This document shows positions 38,642-46,797 of a DNA stretch of 64,000 bases, piece by piece. The first letter of the stretch is position 1. Every line of letters begins with the position of its first letter. This DNA comes from an uncultured Gammaproteobacteria bacterium (GTDB taxonomy: Bacteria; Patescibacteriota; Patescibacteriia; Patescibacteriales; UBA12465): positions 67,872 through 131,871 of the forward strand of contig CAZTUJ010000001.1 in assembly GCA_964616855.1 (NCBI GenBank). Direction: 5' to 3'. A model generated the notes under the pieces. It did not search any database. It worked only from the letters and a program-made list of their open reading frames with translations, and was not told the origin of the DNA. Made by a program: the position numbers and the translations under genes.

Positions 38642-40456
38642 ATGCTTAAATTAATCATTAATTCTGAGACGCGCTTAGCCCTTTTGTCTTTTTTCTTCCG
38701 GCAAACAACGGATAAATATTACGCGCGTGAAGTGGCAAAGTCTTTGAATTTAGATCAGGCAAACGTTCATAAAGAATTGGCTAATTTAGTGAAAGGCGGC
38801 TTTCTAGCTACTACCGTGATTGATGGTAAAAAATATTTCTTTGCTAACCCAGAGGGACAGTTTTTTGATGAGCTGGTTTCCATGTTAAAGAAATACAATA
38901 GCAGTAATGCTGGCGAAGAAATCTTTTGTTTAGAGGAGATGCCTAATTACTACCCCTTGTTTACTTCTCCTGGCTGGAACGCCCATATGGCTGCTCGTTT
39001 TTCTGAATTTTATGGCTTTAAATCTAGCCTCCGCACCCTCGTTACCATTTTTCAAAATAATTTTTGTCAGCTTTTGACCGCCAAAGAAGATTTTTATGAG
39101 TTAAGCCGAGAAATTTTTGAAAGCGTTAAGGCTGATTCTGGTTGGCGAGAGCGCTACATCGCTGATTTAGGAGATAGGGCAGCACAATTATATAAAGCAG
39201 CGGCAAAGTTGAAAAAAACCAACCTTAAAGCTTTAAGTGACGCCGAGTTAGCCGATGTTTTTGAAAGTTTTTTTCAAATCTATCAAGATTTACACCTTTT
39301 ACATATTCCCCAAACAGTTTTAGATTTTGGTGATGGCACTTTTTCCAAGTACCTAATGACTTATTTGGATAAGAAGGTGAAGGCGGCCGGTTTATCGATG
39401 GGTGATACTTTTTCTACCTTAACCACACCCCTGGAATCATCCCGCTCAGCCGAGGAATATCGGGCTCTACTCTTGATTCTGAAAGAAATTATTGCCGATG
39501 AAAAATTAAAACAGTACTTTAGTTTAACGGAGTCTCGAATTATTGCTTTAGAGATTAATGATGTTAGTCGGTTAATTGCCGCAAAGTTGAAAAAGCACGT
39601 GGATGAGTTTGGTTCTTTAGGCTACGGCATGGTTGGCCCTTCTTGGAATCTAGAATATTTTATTGATATTCTCAGTAGTTTAATTAGACAAAGAATTGAT
39701 CCTGATACTGCCCTGAGGGAGATTGATAATAATAGATTAAATATTGAAAAACATCAGCGCGAATTAGAGAAAAAGCTAAGGATTGATGATAAGCATCTGG
39801 GTATCTTTAAATTTGCTCGTGATCTCGTTTTTACTAAAGGTTCAAGAAAGGACGCGATGTTCAATGCCATTGCTGTTTTAGAAAATGTTTACCGAGAAGT
39901 CTCGCGCCGTCATTATTTGTCTTTACGTCAGGTTCGTTACCTTAATCCTTCGGAGTTAATTCAATTACTCCGCGGCCACAGTGTTTCCGCTGAATTATTG
40001 AATGAACGTTTTAATTTTAGCATCTACTATTCCAGTACTAAAATTCCTTCGGATTTATTTTTAGTCGGCGAAAAAGCGCAAGCTTTCATTGCCAAATTGA
40101 ATATTATTAAAGAAGAAATTGCTGATGTGAAGATGTTGGCAGGCGATTGCGCTTCGCCCGGTCGGGCGCGCGGGGAAGCAAAAGTGATTAACGTTATTGC
40201 GGATATGGCCAAGATGAAAGTCGGCGATATCTTAATCTCTATTGCCACTACCCCCGATTTAGTGCCAGCGATTAAGAAAGCCTCTGCTATCGTGACCGAC
40301 GTCGGGGGTATTACCTGTCATGCGGCTATTATTTCCCGAGAACTAGGCATTCCTTGTGTGGTTGGTACTAAAATTGCGACCAAGGTAATTACTGACGGGA
40401 TGCTTCTGGATGTTGACGCTACTCACGGTAAAGTTGATATGATCGGCAAGGACTAA
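38642..40456 (+). CDS. swivel-domain paralog P6 with N-terminal winged-helix DNA-binding domain
   Basis: N-terminus RLALLSFFFRQTTDKYYAREVAKSLNLDQANVHKELANLVKGGFLATTVIDGKKYFFAN. C-terminus ATTPDLVPAIKKASAIVTDVGGITCHAAIISRELGIPCVVGT. Confidence 0.8.
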   Translation: MLKLIINSETRLALLSFFFRQTTDKYYAREVAKSLNLDQANVHKELANLVKGGFLATTVIDGKKYFFANPEGQFFDELVSMLKKYNSSNAGEEIFCLEEMPNYYPLFTSPGWNAHMAARFSEFYGFKSSLRTLVTIFQNNFCQLLTAKEDFYELSREIFESVKADSGWRERYIADLGDRAAQLYKAAAKLKKTNLKALSDAELADVFESFFQIYQDLHLLHIPQTVLDFGDGTFSKYLMTYLDKKVKAAGLSMGDTFSTLTTPLESSRSAEEYRALLLILKEIIADEKLKQYFSLTESRIIALEINDVSRLIAAKLKKHVDEFGSLGYGMVGPSWNLEYFIDILSSLIRQRIDPDTALREIDNNRLNIEKHQRELEKKLRIDDKHLGIFKFARDLVFTKGSRKDAMFNAIAVLENVYREVSRRHYLSLRQVRYLNPSELIQLLRGHSVSAELLNERFNFSIYYSSTKIPSDLFLVGEKAQAFIAKLNIIKEEIADVKMLAGDCASPGRARGEAKVINVIADMAKMKVGDILISIATTPDLVPAIKKASAIVTDVGGITCHAAIISRELGIPCVVGTKIATKVITDGMLLDVDATHGKVDMIGKD

Positions 40457-40523
40457 AGGGTTATAATTTGGAGTTTACTAAGAGAATGATATAATATTAA
40501 GTATATAATTATTAATTGTTTTT

Positions 40524-41462
40524 ATGATTACAAAAACATTTTCTAAAATTGGCAAGGCTGACGCTGCCATTGCTGGCGGCAAAGGGGCTTCTTTGGGTGA
40601 AATGACCAAGGCAAAAATTCCGGTGCCGCCGGGCTTTGTAATTTTAGCGGAAGCTTTCGATCGTTTTTTAATAGAAACTGATTTAATGCAAGAGCTTAGC
40701 TCTTTGTTGAACAAGGTGAATTATAATGATATTAACTCGGTGGATGGAGCTTCCTCCAGTATTCGTGCCCTGATTGCCCAGGCGAAGATGCCGGCTGATT
40801 TGGCAAAAGAAATTGTTGCTGAGTTTAAGAAATTAAAAACCACTTTTGTTGCTGTTCGTTCTAGTGCTACGGCAGAAGATTCTTCGGCCGCTTCTTGGGC
40901 AGGGGAATTAGAGACGTATCTTAACACTACGGATAAAACTTTATTAAATAATGTAAAACTTTGTTGGTCTTCTTTATTTACTCCCCGCGCCATCTTCTAT
41001 CGTCATGAGAAAAAAATGTTAAAGACTAAAGTGAGTGTAGCGGTGGTGGTGCAAAAGATGGTTAACTCAGAAATTTCTGGTATTGCTTTCACGGTTCATC
41101 CTGTGACCCAAGATCGCCGGCAGATGATTATTGAAGCTGGTTATGGTCTAGGCGAGGCCATTGTCTCTGGTTCAGTGACGCCTGACTCTTACGTTCTAGA
41201 TAAGCAGGACTTTTCGCTTTTAGATATTAATATTGCCGAACAAGAACGTCAGATTGTTAAATGTTTGCGTAAGGGCGTTAAATGGACGCCGGTAGCCAAG
41301 AATTTACAGGCTAAACAGAAGTTAAGTGGTCTGCAGATTGTGGCTTTAGGTAAGATTTGTGCCGGTATTGAAAAGCACTATGGCTTTCCTTGCGACATTG
41401 AGTGGGCTTATGCCCAAAAGAAGTTTTATATCACCCAAAGCCGTCCCATTACTACCCTCTAA
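40524..41462 (+). CDS. stand-alone PPDK_N / PEP-synthase-type ATP-grasp nucleotide-binding domain protein
   Basis: 312 aa with GGKGASLGEM, VPPGFVI, VAVRSSATAEDS, SGIAFTVHP and the terminal DIEWAYAQKKFYITQSRPITTL. The protein ends where the PPDK_N domain ends. A possible own promoter, TGaTATAAT, sits at 40487-40495. Confidence 0.85.
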   Translation: MITKTFSKIGKADAAIAGGKGASLGEMTKAKIPVPPGFVILAEAFDRFLIETDLMQELSSLLNKVNYNDINSVDGASSSIRALIAQAKMPADLAKEIVAEFKKLKTTFVAVRSSATAEDSSAASWAGELETYLNTTDKTLLNNVKLCWSSLFTPRAIFYRHEKKMLKTKVSVAVVVQKMVNSEISGIAFTVHPVTQDRRQMIIEAGYGLGEAIVSGSVTPDSYVLDKQDFSLLDINIAEQERQIVKCLRKGVKWTPVAKNLQAKQKLSGLQIVALGKICAGIEKHYGFPCDIEWAYAQKKFYITQSRPITTL

Positions 41463-41483
41463 AATCATAGTTTTTAGACACGA

Positions 41484-41522
41484 AAAAAGCCGTCCTTATT
41501 AGGGCGGCTTTATTGTTTTTTA
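41484..41522 (+). terminator. rho-independent terminator after the ATP-grasp gene
   Basis: aaaaaagccgtcct-tatt-agggcggc, then a T-rich tail. Confidence 0.65.
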
Positions 41523-41636
41523 AGCCTTTTTTTAGACATTTTTCCGCTTTCCAATTTTTGGGGAAATATGCTAAAATGAAGATAATGCCCGAAACAGATT
41601 TTTTTTGCTTTTTATTTTTAGGTTTTTTTGTTTTTC

Positions 41637-43139
41637 ATGTTTGATTATCTGCAACAATTTAATAAATTGCCCAAGGAATTAAGGGATAAAGTTTCCTCGC
41701 CTGCAGCGATGGAAATTTTGTCTTCTCTGGAGGGAAAATATGGAGTTAGTTTGGCTATGGTTGTTATGCAGATTATGGTCAAGCAGATTCCTGTGCGCAA
41801 CCTGACTGCCTATTTTATGACCGAAATGGGTTTAAGCGCGGATAAAGCTCAGTCCTTAAACCAAGAACTACAGGAACGTCTTTTATTTTCGGTTTCCACT
41901 TATCTCGGGCTAAAGCCTTTGCCAGTATTAAGTCCAGAGGAAAAAGAATTACAAGTTTTGATGAAGGATAATGCGATTGTTTTGCCGAGTCAGGATTTAA
42001 TGACCCGTTGTCGACAGATTCTCATGACTTTTCGTAAGGGTATTCGTACCAAAATTGATACTCGGGCGGCTTTAGAAAGGGCTGTTAGTCAAGGTGGCCT
42101 AGGTCTTGATGCTGCTGCTGCCGATCGCTTACTTCGAGCCTTGGAACAACCAGTGAGTAATAATTTTTTAGCCCCTCCAGCGGTATCGGCAGCTATTACT
42201 GATTTAGTTAATAAAGCGGAAGCTGGTGCTTATGATTTCAAAGCAGCTTTAGCTAGCGGTCAGATCAAGGCTCCCGCCGCTCTCGCGGATAAATTTAAAG
42301 CCGCGCCTATAAAGTTAGACCCCAGCCATGAGTTAGAAGCCCCTGACCAAGAATTATCTTTACCTACGCCCCCAGTACCTTATATGGCTCCACCCGTAGC
42401 AGTTCCAACTCCGCCGTCCCCGTCTTTAACTCTGGAGTCGCTGTCAGCGCCTGTTGGTAATTTAACAAATACGGTTGTTAAGGAGGTTAAGCCTTTGGTG
42501 ATGGAGACTCCCGTGGCTGTAAAAACCGATAATTTAGAAAATGATAAAAACCAATTTGTTGCCAATGAATTAAAGCCGGCGCTAGAGGCAGAAGCTTCTT
42601 TTAAGAAAGCACCGGTGGCCAGTGCAGGCTTATGGGCGAAATTATTTAAAGGTAAGTCGCCAAAACCTGATGATTCTTTAGGTAAAATTATTTCTTCGAG
42701 TAGTCATTTGGAGGCGGCGGTACTGGCTGCTACTCAGGCAGCGACAATTTCTCCACGACCGGCAGCTTCTAGCGAGACTCGGACAAGGATGGAAGATGTG
42801 CGTTCTCGGCCAAAAGTAATGGGCCCCTTGGAAGAGTTGAGATATTTAGATTTAACTAATTTTCGACGTTTGGGCAATAATCCTAAAGAAATTACCGCTA
42901 AGATTGTTATGAAAATTAGGTTATTAGAAAAAGATGGCTATGATCGCATGGTGGAAGGAGTGCAGTCCTGGCGTCAAAGTCCTGTTAATCGTATTTATGT
43001 TCGTTTGGCGCAAGAAGCGGTGGCTAAGGGTATGACTTTGCGCGAGATTATTGCTGCCCGTCAGGCAGATAATAAAGAAACTCTAAGCATGGATGAAATT
43101 GAAGCCATTGTCGCGATGAATAGCCAGCTAATGTTTTAA
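41637..43139 (+). CDS. hypothetical protein with Pro/Ala-rich central linker
   Basis: Roughly 500-aa ORF. ATG at 41637 is preferred over the TTG at 41628. The central region reads PTPPVPYMAPPVAVPTPPSPS. First gene of the PrgI/VirB4 cluster. Confidence 0.5.
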   Translation: MFDYLQQFNKLPKELRDKVSSPAAMEILSSLEGKYGVSLAMVVMQIMVKQIPVRNLTAYFMTEMGLSADKAQSLNQELQERLLFSVSTYLGLKPLPVLSPEEKELQVLMKDNAIVLPSQDLMTRCRQILMTFRKGIRTKIDTRAALERAVSQGGLGLDAAAADRLLRALEQPVSNNFLAPPAVSAAITDLVNKAEAGAYDFKAALASGQIKAPAALADKFKAAPIKLDPSHELEAPDQELSLPTPPVPYMAPPVAVPTPPSPSLTLESLSAPVGNLTNTVVKEVKPLVMETPVAVKTDNLENDKNQFVANELKPALEAEASFKKAPVASAGLWAKLFKGKSPKPDDSLGKIISSSSHLEAAVLAATQAATISPRPAASSETRTRMEDVRSRPKVMGPLEELRYLDLTNFRRLGNNPKEITAKIVMKIRLLEKDGYDRMVEGVQSWRQSPVNRIYVRLAQEAVAKGMTLREIIAARQADNKETLSMDEIEAIVAMNSQLMF

Positions 43140-43140
43140 T

Positions 43141-43575
43141 ATGCAACAGTTTACCGTTCCTCAATTCATTGATGTTGAAAGCAAGATTATTGGGCCCATC
43201 ACCACTCGTCAGTTTTTAATTTTTTTAGGAGCGGCAATAATTATTGGTATTAGTTATAAAGTTTTTGACTTTGCTTTATTTCTAACTATTGGCATTACGG
43301 TTTTCGCCTTGGCTGGTACTTTTGCCTTTTTGAAGATTAACGGCCGCCCTTTCCACTTTTTTATCCTTAACCTTATTCAGACACTTCGTCGGCCTAATCT
43401 TCGGGTGTGGAATCATCAGCTTGGTTTTATTGATAAACCTGACTCAATCCCGATTGTTAAGGCGGAGGCACCAGTAGCTGTGAAGGAATTTTACCATTCC
43501 TCCCGCTTAGCCGATCTTTCTTTAGTCGTTGATACTAAAGGCCGCTATCGCGGCGATAATTCTGAAGAAGTTTAA
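43141..43575 (+). CDS. PrgI-family (VirB3-like) small membrane protein
   Basis: MQQFTVPQFIDVESKIIGPITTRQFLIFLGAAIIIG followed by a second TM helix, as in the PrgI family. Lies directly upstream of VirB4. Confidence 0.65.
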   Translation: MQQFTVPQFIDVESKIIGPITTRQFLIFLGAAIIIGISYKVFDFALFLTIGITVFALAGTFAFLKINGRPFHFFILNLIQTLRRPNLRVWNHQLGFIDKPDSIPIVKAEAPVAVKEFYHSSRLADLSLVVDTKGRYRGDNSEEV

Positions 43576-43580
43576 TTTTT

Positions 43581-44264
43581 ATGCCTGAAAATAGTCTCGC
43601 TCGCAACAAGGTTAATATTTCCACTCAGCAATATTTAGATATCGCTGAGATTAAAGATGATGTGGTTATCATGAAAGATGGTACTTTGCGTGCCGTTTTG
43701 CTGGTTTCCAGTATTAACTTTGCTCTTAAGAGTGAAGATGAACAGAATGCGGTTATCAATTCCTATGTGATGTTTTTGAATAATTTAAACTTCATGCTGG
43801 AGATTGTTATTCAGTCTCGGGAATTAGATATTGATAATTATTTAAATTATTTGAAAGATAAAGAGAAACAGCAGATTAACAAGCTTTTGAAAATGCAGAC
43901 GGCCGAATATATCGAATACATTAAGGAGCTGACTTCTATCGGCAAGATTATGAATAAGCGTTTCTTTGTGGTTGTGCCCTATAATCCCTTGTCGGATAAG
44001 CATAAGAGTTTTATGTCTCTGTTGGGCGAGGCAGTGAAGCCGGCGACTTCGATTAAATTAAAAGAGAAGAGTTTTATTCGTTACAAAGAAATGTTGAATC
44101 GTCGCTTAGATAGCGTGGTCGGTGGTTTAGAATCAATGGGCGTTAGCGTTGCCCGTTTAGATACCCAGAGTTTAATTGAGTTATATTATAAGACTTATAA
44201 TCCCGAAACGGCTAAGAATCAGAATTTAGTCGACTTGCAGAAATTGCGGGTAGAAAAAAATTAA
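43581..44264 (+). CDS. VirB4/TraC-type ATPase, N-terminal domain fragment
   Basis: LDIAEIKDDVVIMKDGTLRAVLLVSSINFALKSEDEQ resembles the N-terminus of Gram-positive VirB4 homologs. It is in the same reading frame as the next ORF, separated by one TAA plus three codons. Confidence 0.55.
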   Translation: MPENSLARNKVNISTQQYLDIAEIKDDVVIMKDGTLRAVLLVSSINFALKSEDEQNAVINSYVMFLNNLNFMLEIVIQSRELDIDNYLNYLKDKEKQQINKLLKMQTAEYIEYIKELTSIGKIMNKRFFVVVPYNPLSDKHKSFMSLLGEAVKPATSIKLKEKSFIRYKEMLNRRLDSVVGGLESMGVSVARLDTQSLIELYYKTYNPETAKNQNLVDLQKLRVEKN

Positions 44265-44273
44265 GTTGTCCGT

Positions 44274-46169
44274 ATGATTAATTTTAGTAAAAACGAAGAC
44301 AAACAGAAGCTCACGCTTAATACGCCGATTGGTTTAGCCGCGAAGAATAAAGAGCGGTCAATTGAATCGGATCCGGAGCTAACTAGGGAAATTATCGAGG
44401 AAGAGAAAGCTTTCCGTCGTGGTGTTTTGACGGTACGTGATATTATTTCTCCAGCCAGTTTGCAAATTACCCCTAAACATTTACGCTTAGGTTCAAAATT
44501 TGTACGGACTTTGTTTGTTATCGGTTACCCTCGCTATATCAGCGTCGGTTGGTTTGCTCCGATTATCAATTTAAACCTCACCTTTGACGTCTCCATGTTC
44601 TTTTATCCGGTAAAAAGTGCCATTATTCTCAAGCAGTTAAAGAATAAGGTGGGCGCCTTGGAAGCCCAGATTATTTCCGATGCTGAAAAAGGGGCGGCTC
44701 GCGACCCTTTACGCGAAACGGCTTTGCGTGATATTGAATATTTGCGCGATGCTTTAACTCAGGGCACGGAAAAGTTTTTTCAATTTTCTTTGTATGTGAC
44801 TTTATACGCGGATGAACTAGAAGAACTAGATCGCATGTCCGATCAAGTAGAAGATATTTTCGGTTCCCGTTTAGTTTATTCTCGACGCGTATATTACCAA
44901 GCAGAGCAGGGCTTTGCTTCAACTTTACCTCTTTGTAACGATGAATTGTATATTACCTTTAACATGAATTCTTCCCCCATTGCCTCCTCCTTTCCTTTCA
45001 TTTCTAGTGAGCTCACAAGCGATCGGGGCATCTTGTATGGTATTAACCGTCACAACAACAGTTTAATTCTTTTTGATCGTTTTTCTTTACAGAATGCTAA
45101 TTCCGTCGTTTTCGCTACTTCTGGTGCTGGTAAATCCTATGCTATTAAATTAGAGATTTTACGCTCTTTAATGATGGGCTCAGAGGTTATTGTGATTGAT
45201 CCTGAATATGAATATAAGCATTTAGCGGAAGCAGTTGGTGGCACCTATATTAATATTTCTCTGGCCTCAGAAAATAAGATTAATCCTTTTGACTTGCCTC
45301 GAGCTATTGGTGGCGAGGCTAAACCTAAGGACATTATTCGTAGCGCTGTTATTACTCTCAAAGGTTTAGTGCGCTTAATGTTGGGCAAGCTGAATTATGA
45401 CGAGGACTCAATTGTCGATCGAGCTTTGTTGGAAACTTATGCTAAAAAAGATATTACTCCGGATTCCGATTTATCTGCTATTGAGCCGCCGGTGATGTCT
45501 GACTTTGAACAGGTTTTAGACGGGATGGAGGGTGGTAGTGATTTAGCTTTACGTTTGAAGAAATATACCGAAGGTACCTTTGCCGGATTATTAAACAGCG
45601 CTACTAACGTGGAGATGAATAATCAATTAGTTTGTTTTTCCGTTCGTGATCTGGAAGACGAACTTCGCCCTTTGGCCATTTACACTATCGTTAATTATAT
45701 TTGGAATACGGTGCGCAGTGAGATGCGTCAGCGCATTCTCGTTATTGATGAAGCTTGGTGGATGATGCAGAACGAAGACAGCGCTAAATTTATTTTTGCC
45801 CTGGTTAAACGCTGTCGTAAATATTATTTAGGCGTAACTACTATTACTCAGGATGTTAACGACTTCCTTACTTCTCCTTATGGCCAGGCAATTGTTACCA
45901 ACTCTTCTTTGCAAATTCTGCTGAAGCAGTCGCCAGCGGCGATTGATTTAATCCAAAAGACCTTTTTACTGACGGAAGGAGAAAAATATTTATTGTTAGA
46001 GTGTGGCGTCGGTGAAGGCATCTTTTTCGCCGGCAATAAGCACGTGGCCATGAAAGTGGTTGCTTCCTATACTGAAGACCAGTTGATTACTTCCGATCCG
46101 CGGCAGTTGTTGGAAATTGAAGAAGCAAAAAAAGAATTCAATGAAAGTTTAGCCCAAGAGCAAACTTAA
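44274..46169 (+). CDS. virB4: VirB4-like type IV secretion ATPase (ATPase domain)
   Basis: Walker A in VVFATSGAGKSYAIK and Walker B in RILVIDEAWWMM; 631 aa. Confidence 0.8.
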   Translation: MINFSKNEDKQKLTLNTPIGLAAKNKERSIESDPELTREIIEEEKAFRRGVLTVRDIISPASLQITPKHLRLGSKFVRTLFVIGYPRYISVGWFAPIINLNLTFDVSMFFYPVKSAIILKQLKNKVGALEAQIISDAEKGAARDPLRETALRDIEYLRDALTQGTEKFFQFSLYVTLYADELEELDRMSDQVEDIFGSRLVYSRRVYYQAEQGFASTLPLCNDELYITFNMNSSPIASSFPFISSELTSDRGILYGINRHNNSLILFDRFSLQNANSVVFATSGAGKSYAIKLEILRSLMMGSEVIVIDPEYEYKHLAEAVGGTYINISLASENKINPFDLPRAIGGEAKPKDIIRSAVITLKGLVRLMLGKLNYDEDSIVDRALLETYAKKDITPDSDLSAIEPPVMSDFEQVLDGMEGGSDLALRLKKYTEGTFAGLLNSATNVEMNNQLVCFSVRDLEDELRPLAIYTIVNYIWNTVRSEMRQRILVIDEAWWMMQNEDSAKFIFALVKRCRKYYLGVTTITQDVNDFLTSPYGQAIVTNSSLQILLKQSPAAIDLIQKTFLLTEGEKYLLLECGVGEGIFFAGNKHVAMKVVASYTEDQLITSDPRQLLEIEEAKKEFNESLAQEQT

Positions 46170-46180
46170 TTTAAAAATAT

Positions 46181-46795
46181 ATGGAAAATCGTAAAAAACT
46201 AGGAATTTTAATCATCGTTGTCGGCCTTTTGATTATTGCCGCCATCATCTACTTTATTTTTATTAAGAAGCCGCAGGAGGCCGCCTTGCCAACTGAGCCG
46301 ACTGCTTCAAGCACGGTCCAGTTGCCAGAACCGGATAGCAGTGATATTACTCCCAGCGACAAGCCTCGTAATTATCAGCAGTATGATATTTCTAAAGAGG
46401 CGGAGCATACTACCAATGCTAATGATGTCGCCAAATTATCTGCTTCTTTTGCAGAGCGCCTAGGCTCTTTCTCTAATGAGTCAAATTATCGTAATTTTGA
46501 AGATTTAAACATCTTTATGACCGCTTCTATGCGTGATTGGGCGGATGAGTATGTGGAGAAAATGCGCGCTGAAAACCCTTATAATGGCACTTATTATGGC
46601 ATCACCACTAAAGCTATCAGTACGGAAGTGAAGAGTTTTAACGAAGCCCAAGGTAATGCCGAGGTGACAATAGTCACTCAACGCCGAGAAGTGAAATTAG
46701 ACGGCGGTGAAAATAATTATCAGCAGACTTTACGCTTAACTTTCCTTAAGCAGAACGGCCAATGGCTCGTTGACGGCGCCTATTGGGAAAAATAA
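46181..46795 (+). CDS. membrane-anchored hypothetical protein
   Basis: N-terminal TM (LGILIIVVGLLIIAAIIYFIFI) followed by a soluble domain. Lies between virB4 and radA. Confidence 0.5.
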   Translation: MENRKKLGILIIVVGLLIIAAIIYFIFIKKPQEAALPTEPTASSTVQLPEPDSSDITPSDKPRNYQQYDISKEAEHTTNANDVAKLSASFAERLGSFSNESNYRNFEDLNIFMTASMRDWADEYVEKMRAENPYNGTYYGITTKAISTEVKSFNEAQGNAEVTIVTQRREVKLDGGENNYQQTLRLTFLKQNGQWLVDGAYWEK

Positions 46796-46797
46796 CT

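Noticed and set aside
31560-40456. Conserved sequence of about 200 nt recurring every 1.3-1.9 kb might look like a spaced-repeat array or a CRISPR-like structure.
   Set aside because: The repeats are the coding 3' ends of the paralogous genes, in frame and encoding the swivel domain. The spacing is on a kilobase scale. No short direct repeat/spacer architecture exists anywhere in the window.
30254-41462. The locus could be annotated as a fragmented phosphoenolpyruvate synthase or pyruvate phosphate dikinase (ppsA/ppdK pseudogenes).
   Set aside because: No ORF carries the PEP/pyruvate-binding TIM-barrel C-terminal domain. All seven swivel ORFs are intact, with conserved catalytic His and distinct long N-terminal domains. 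The ATP-grasp ORF ends cleanly at its domain boundary and has its own promoter-like element and terminator. The pattern is paralog expansion, not decay of one gene.
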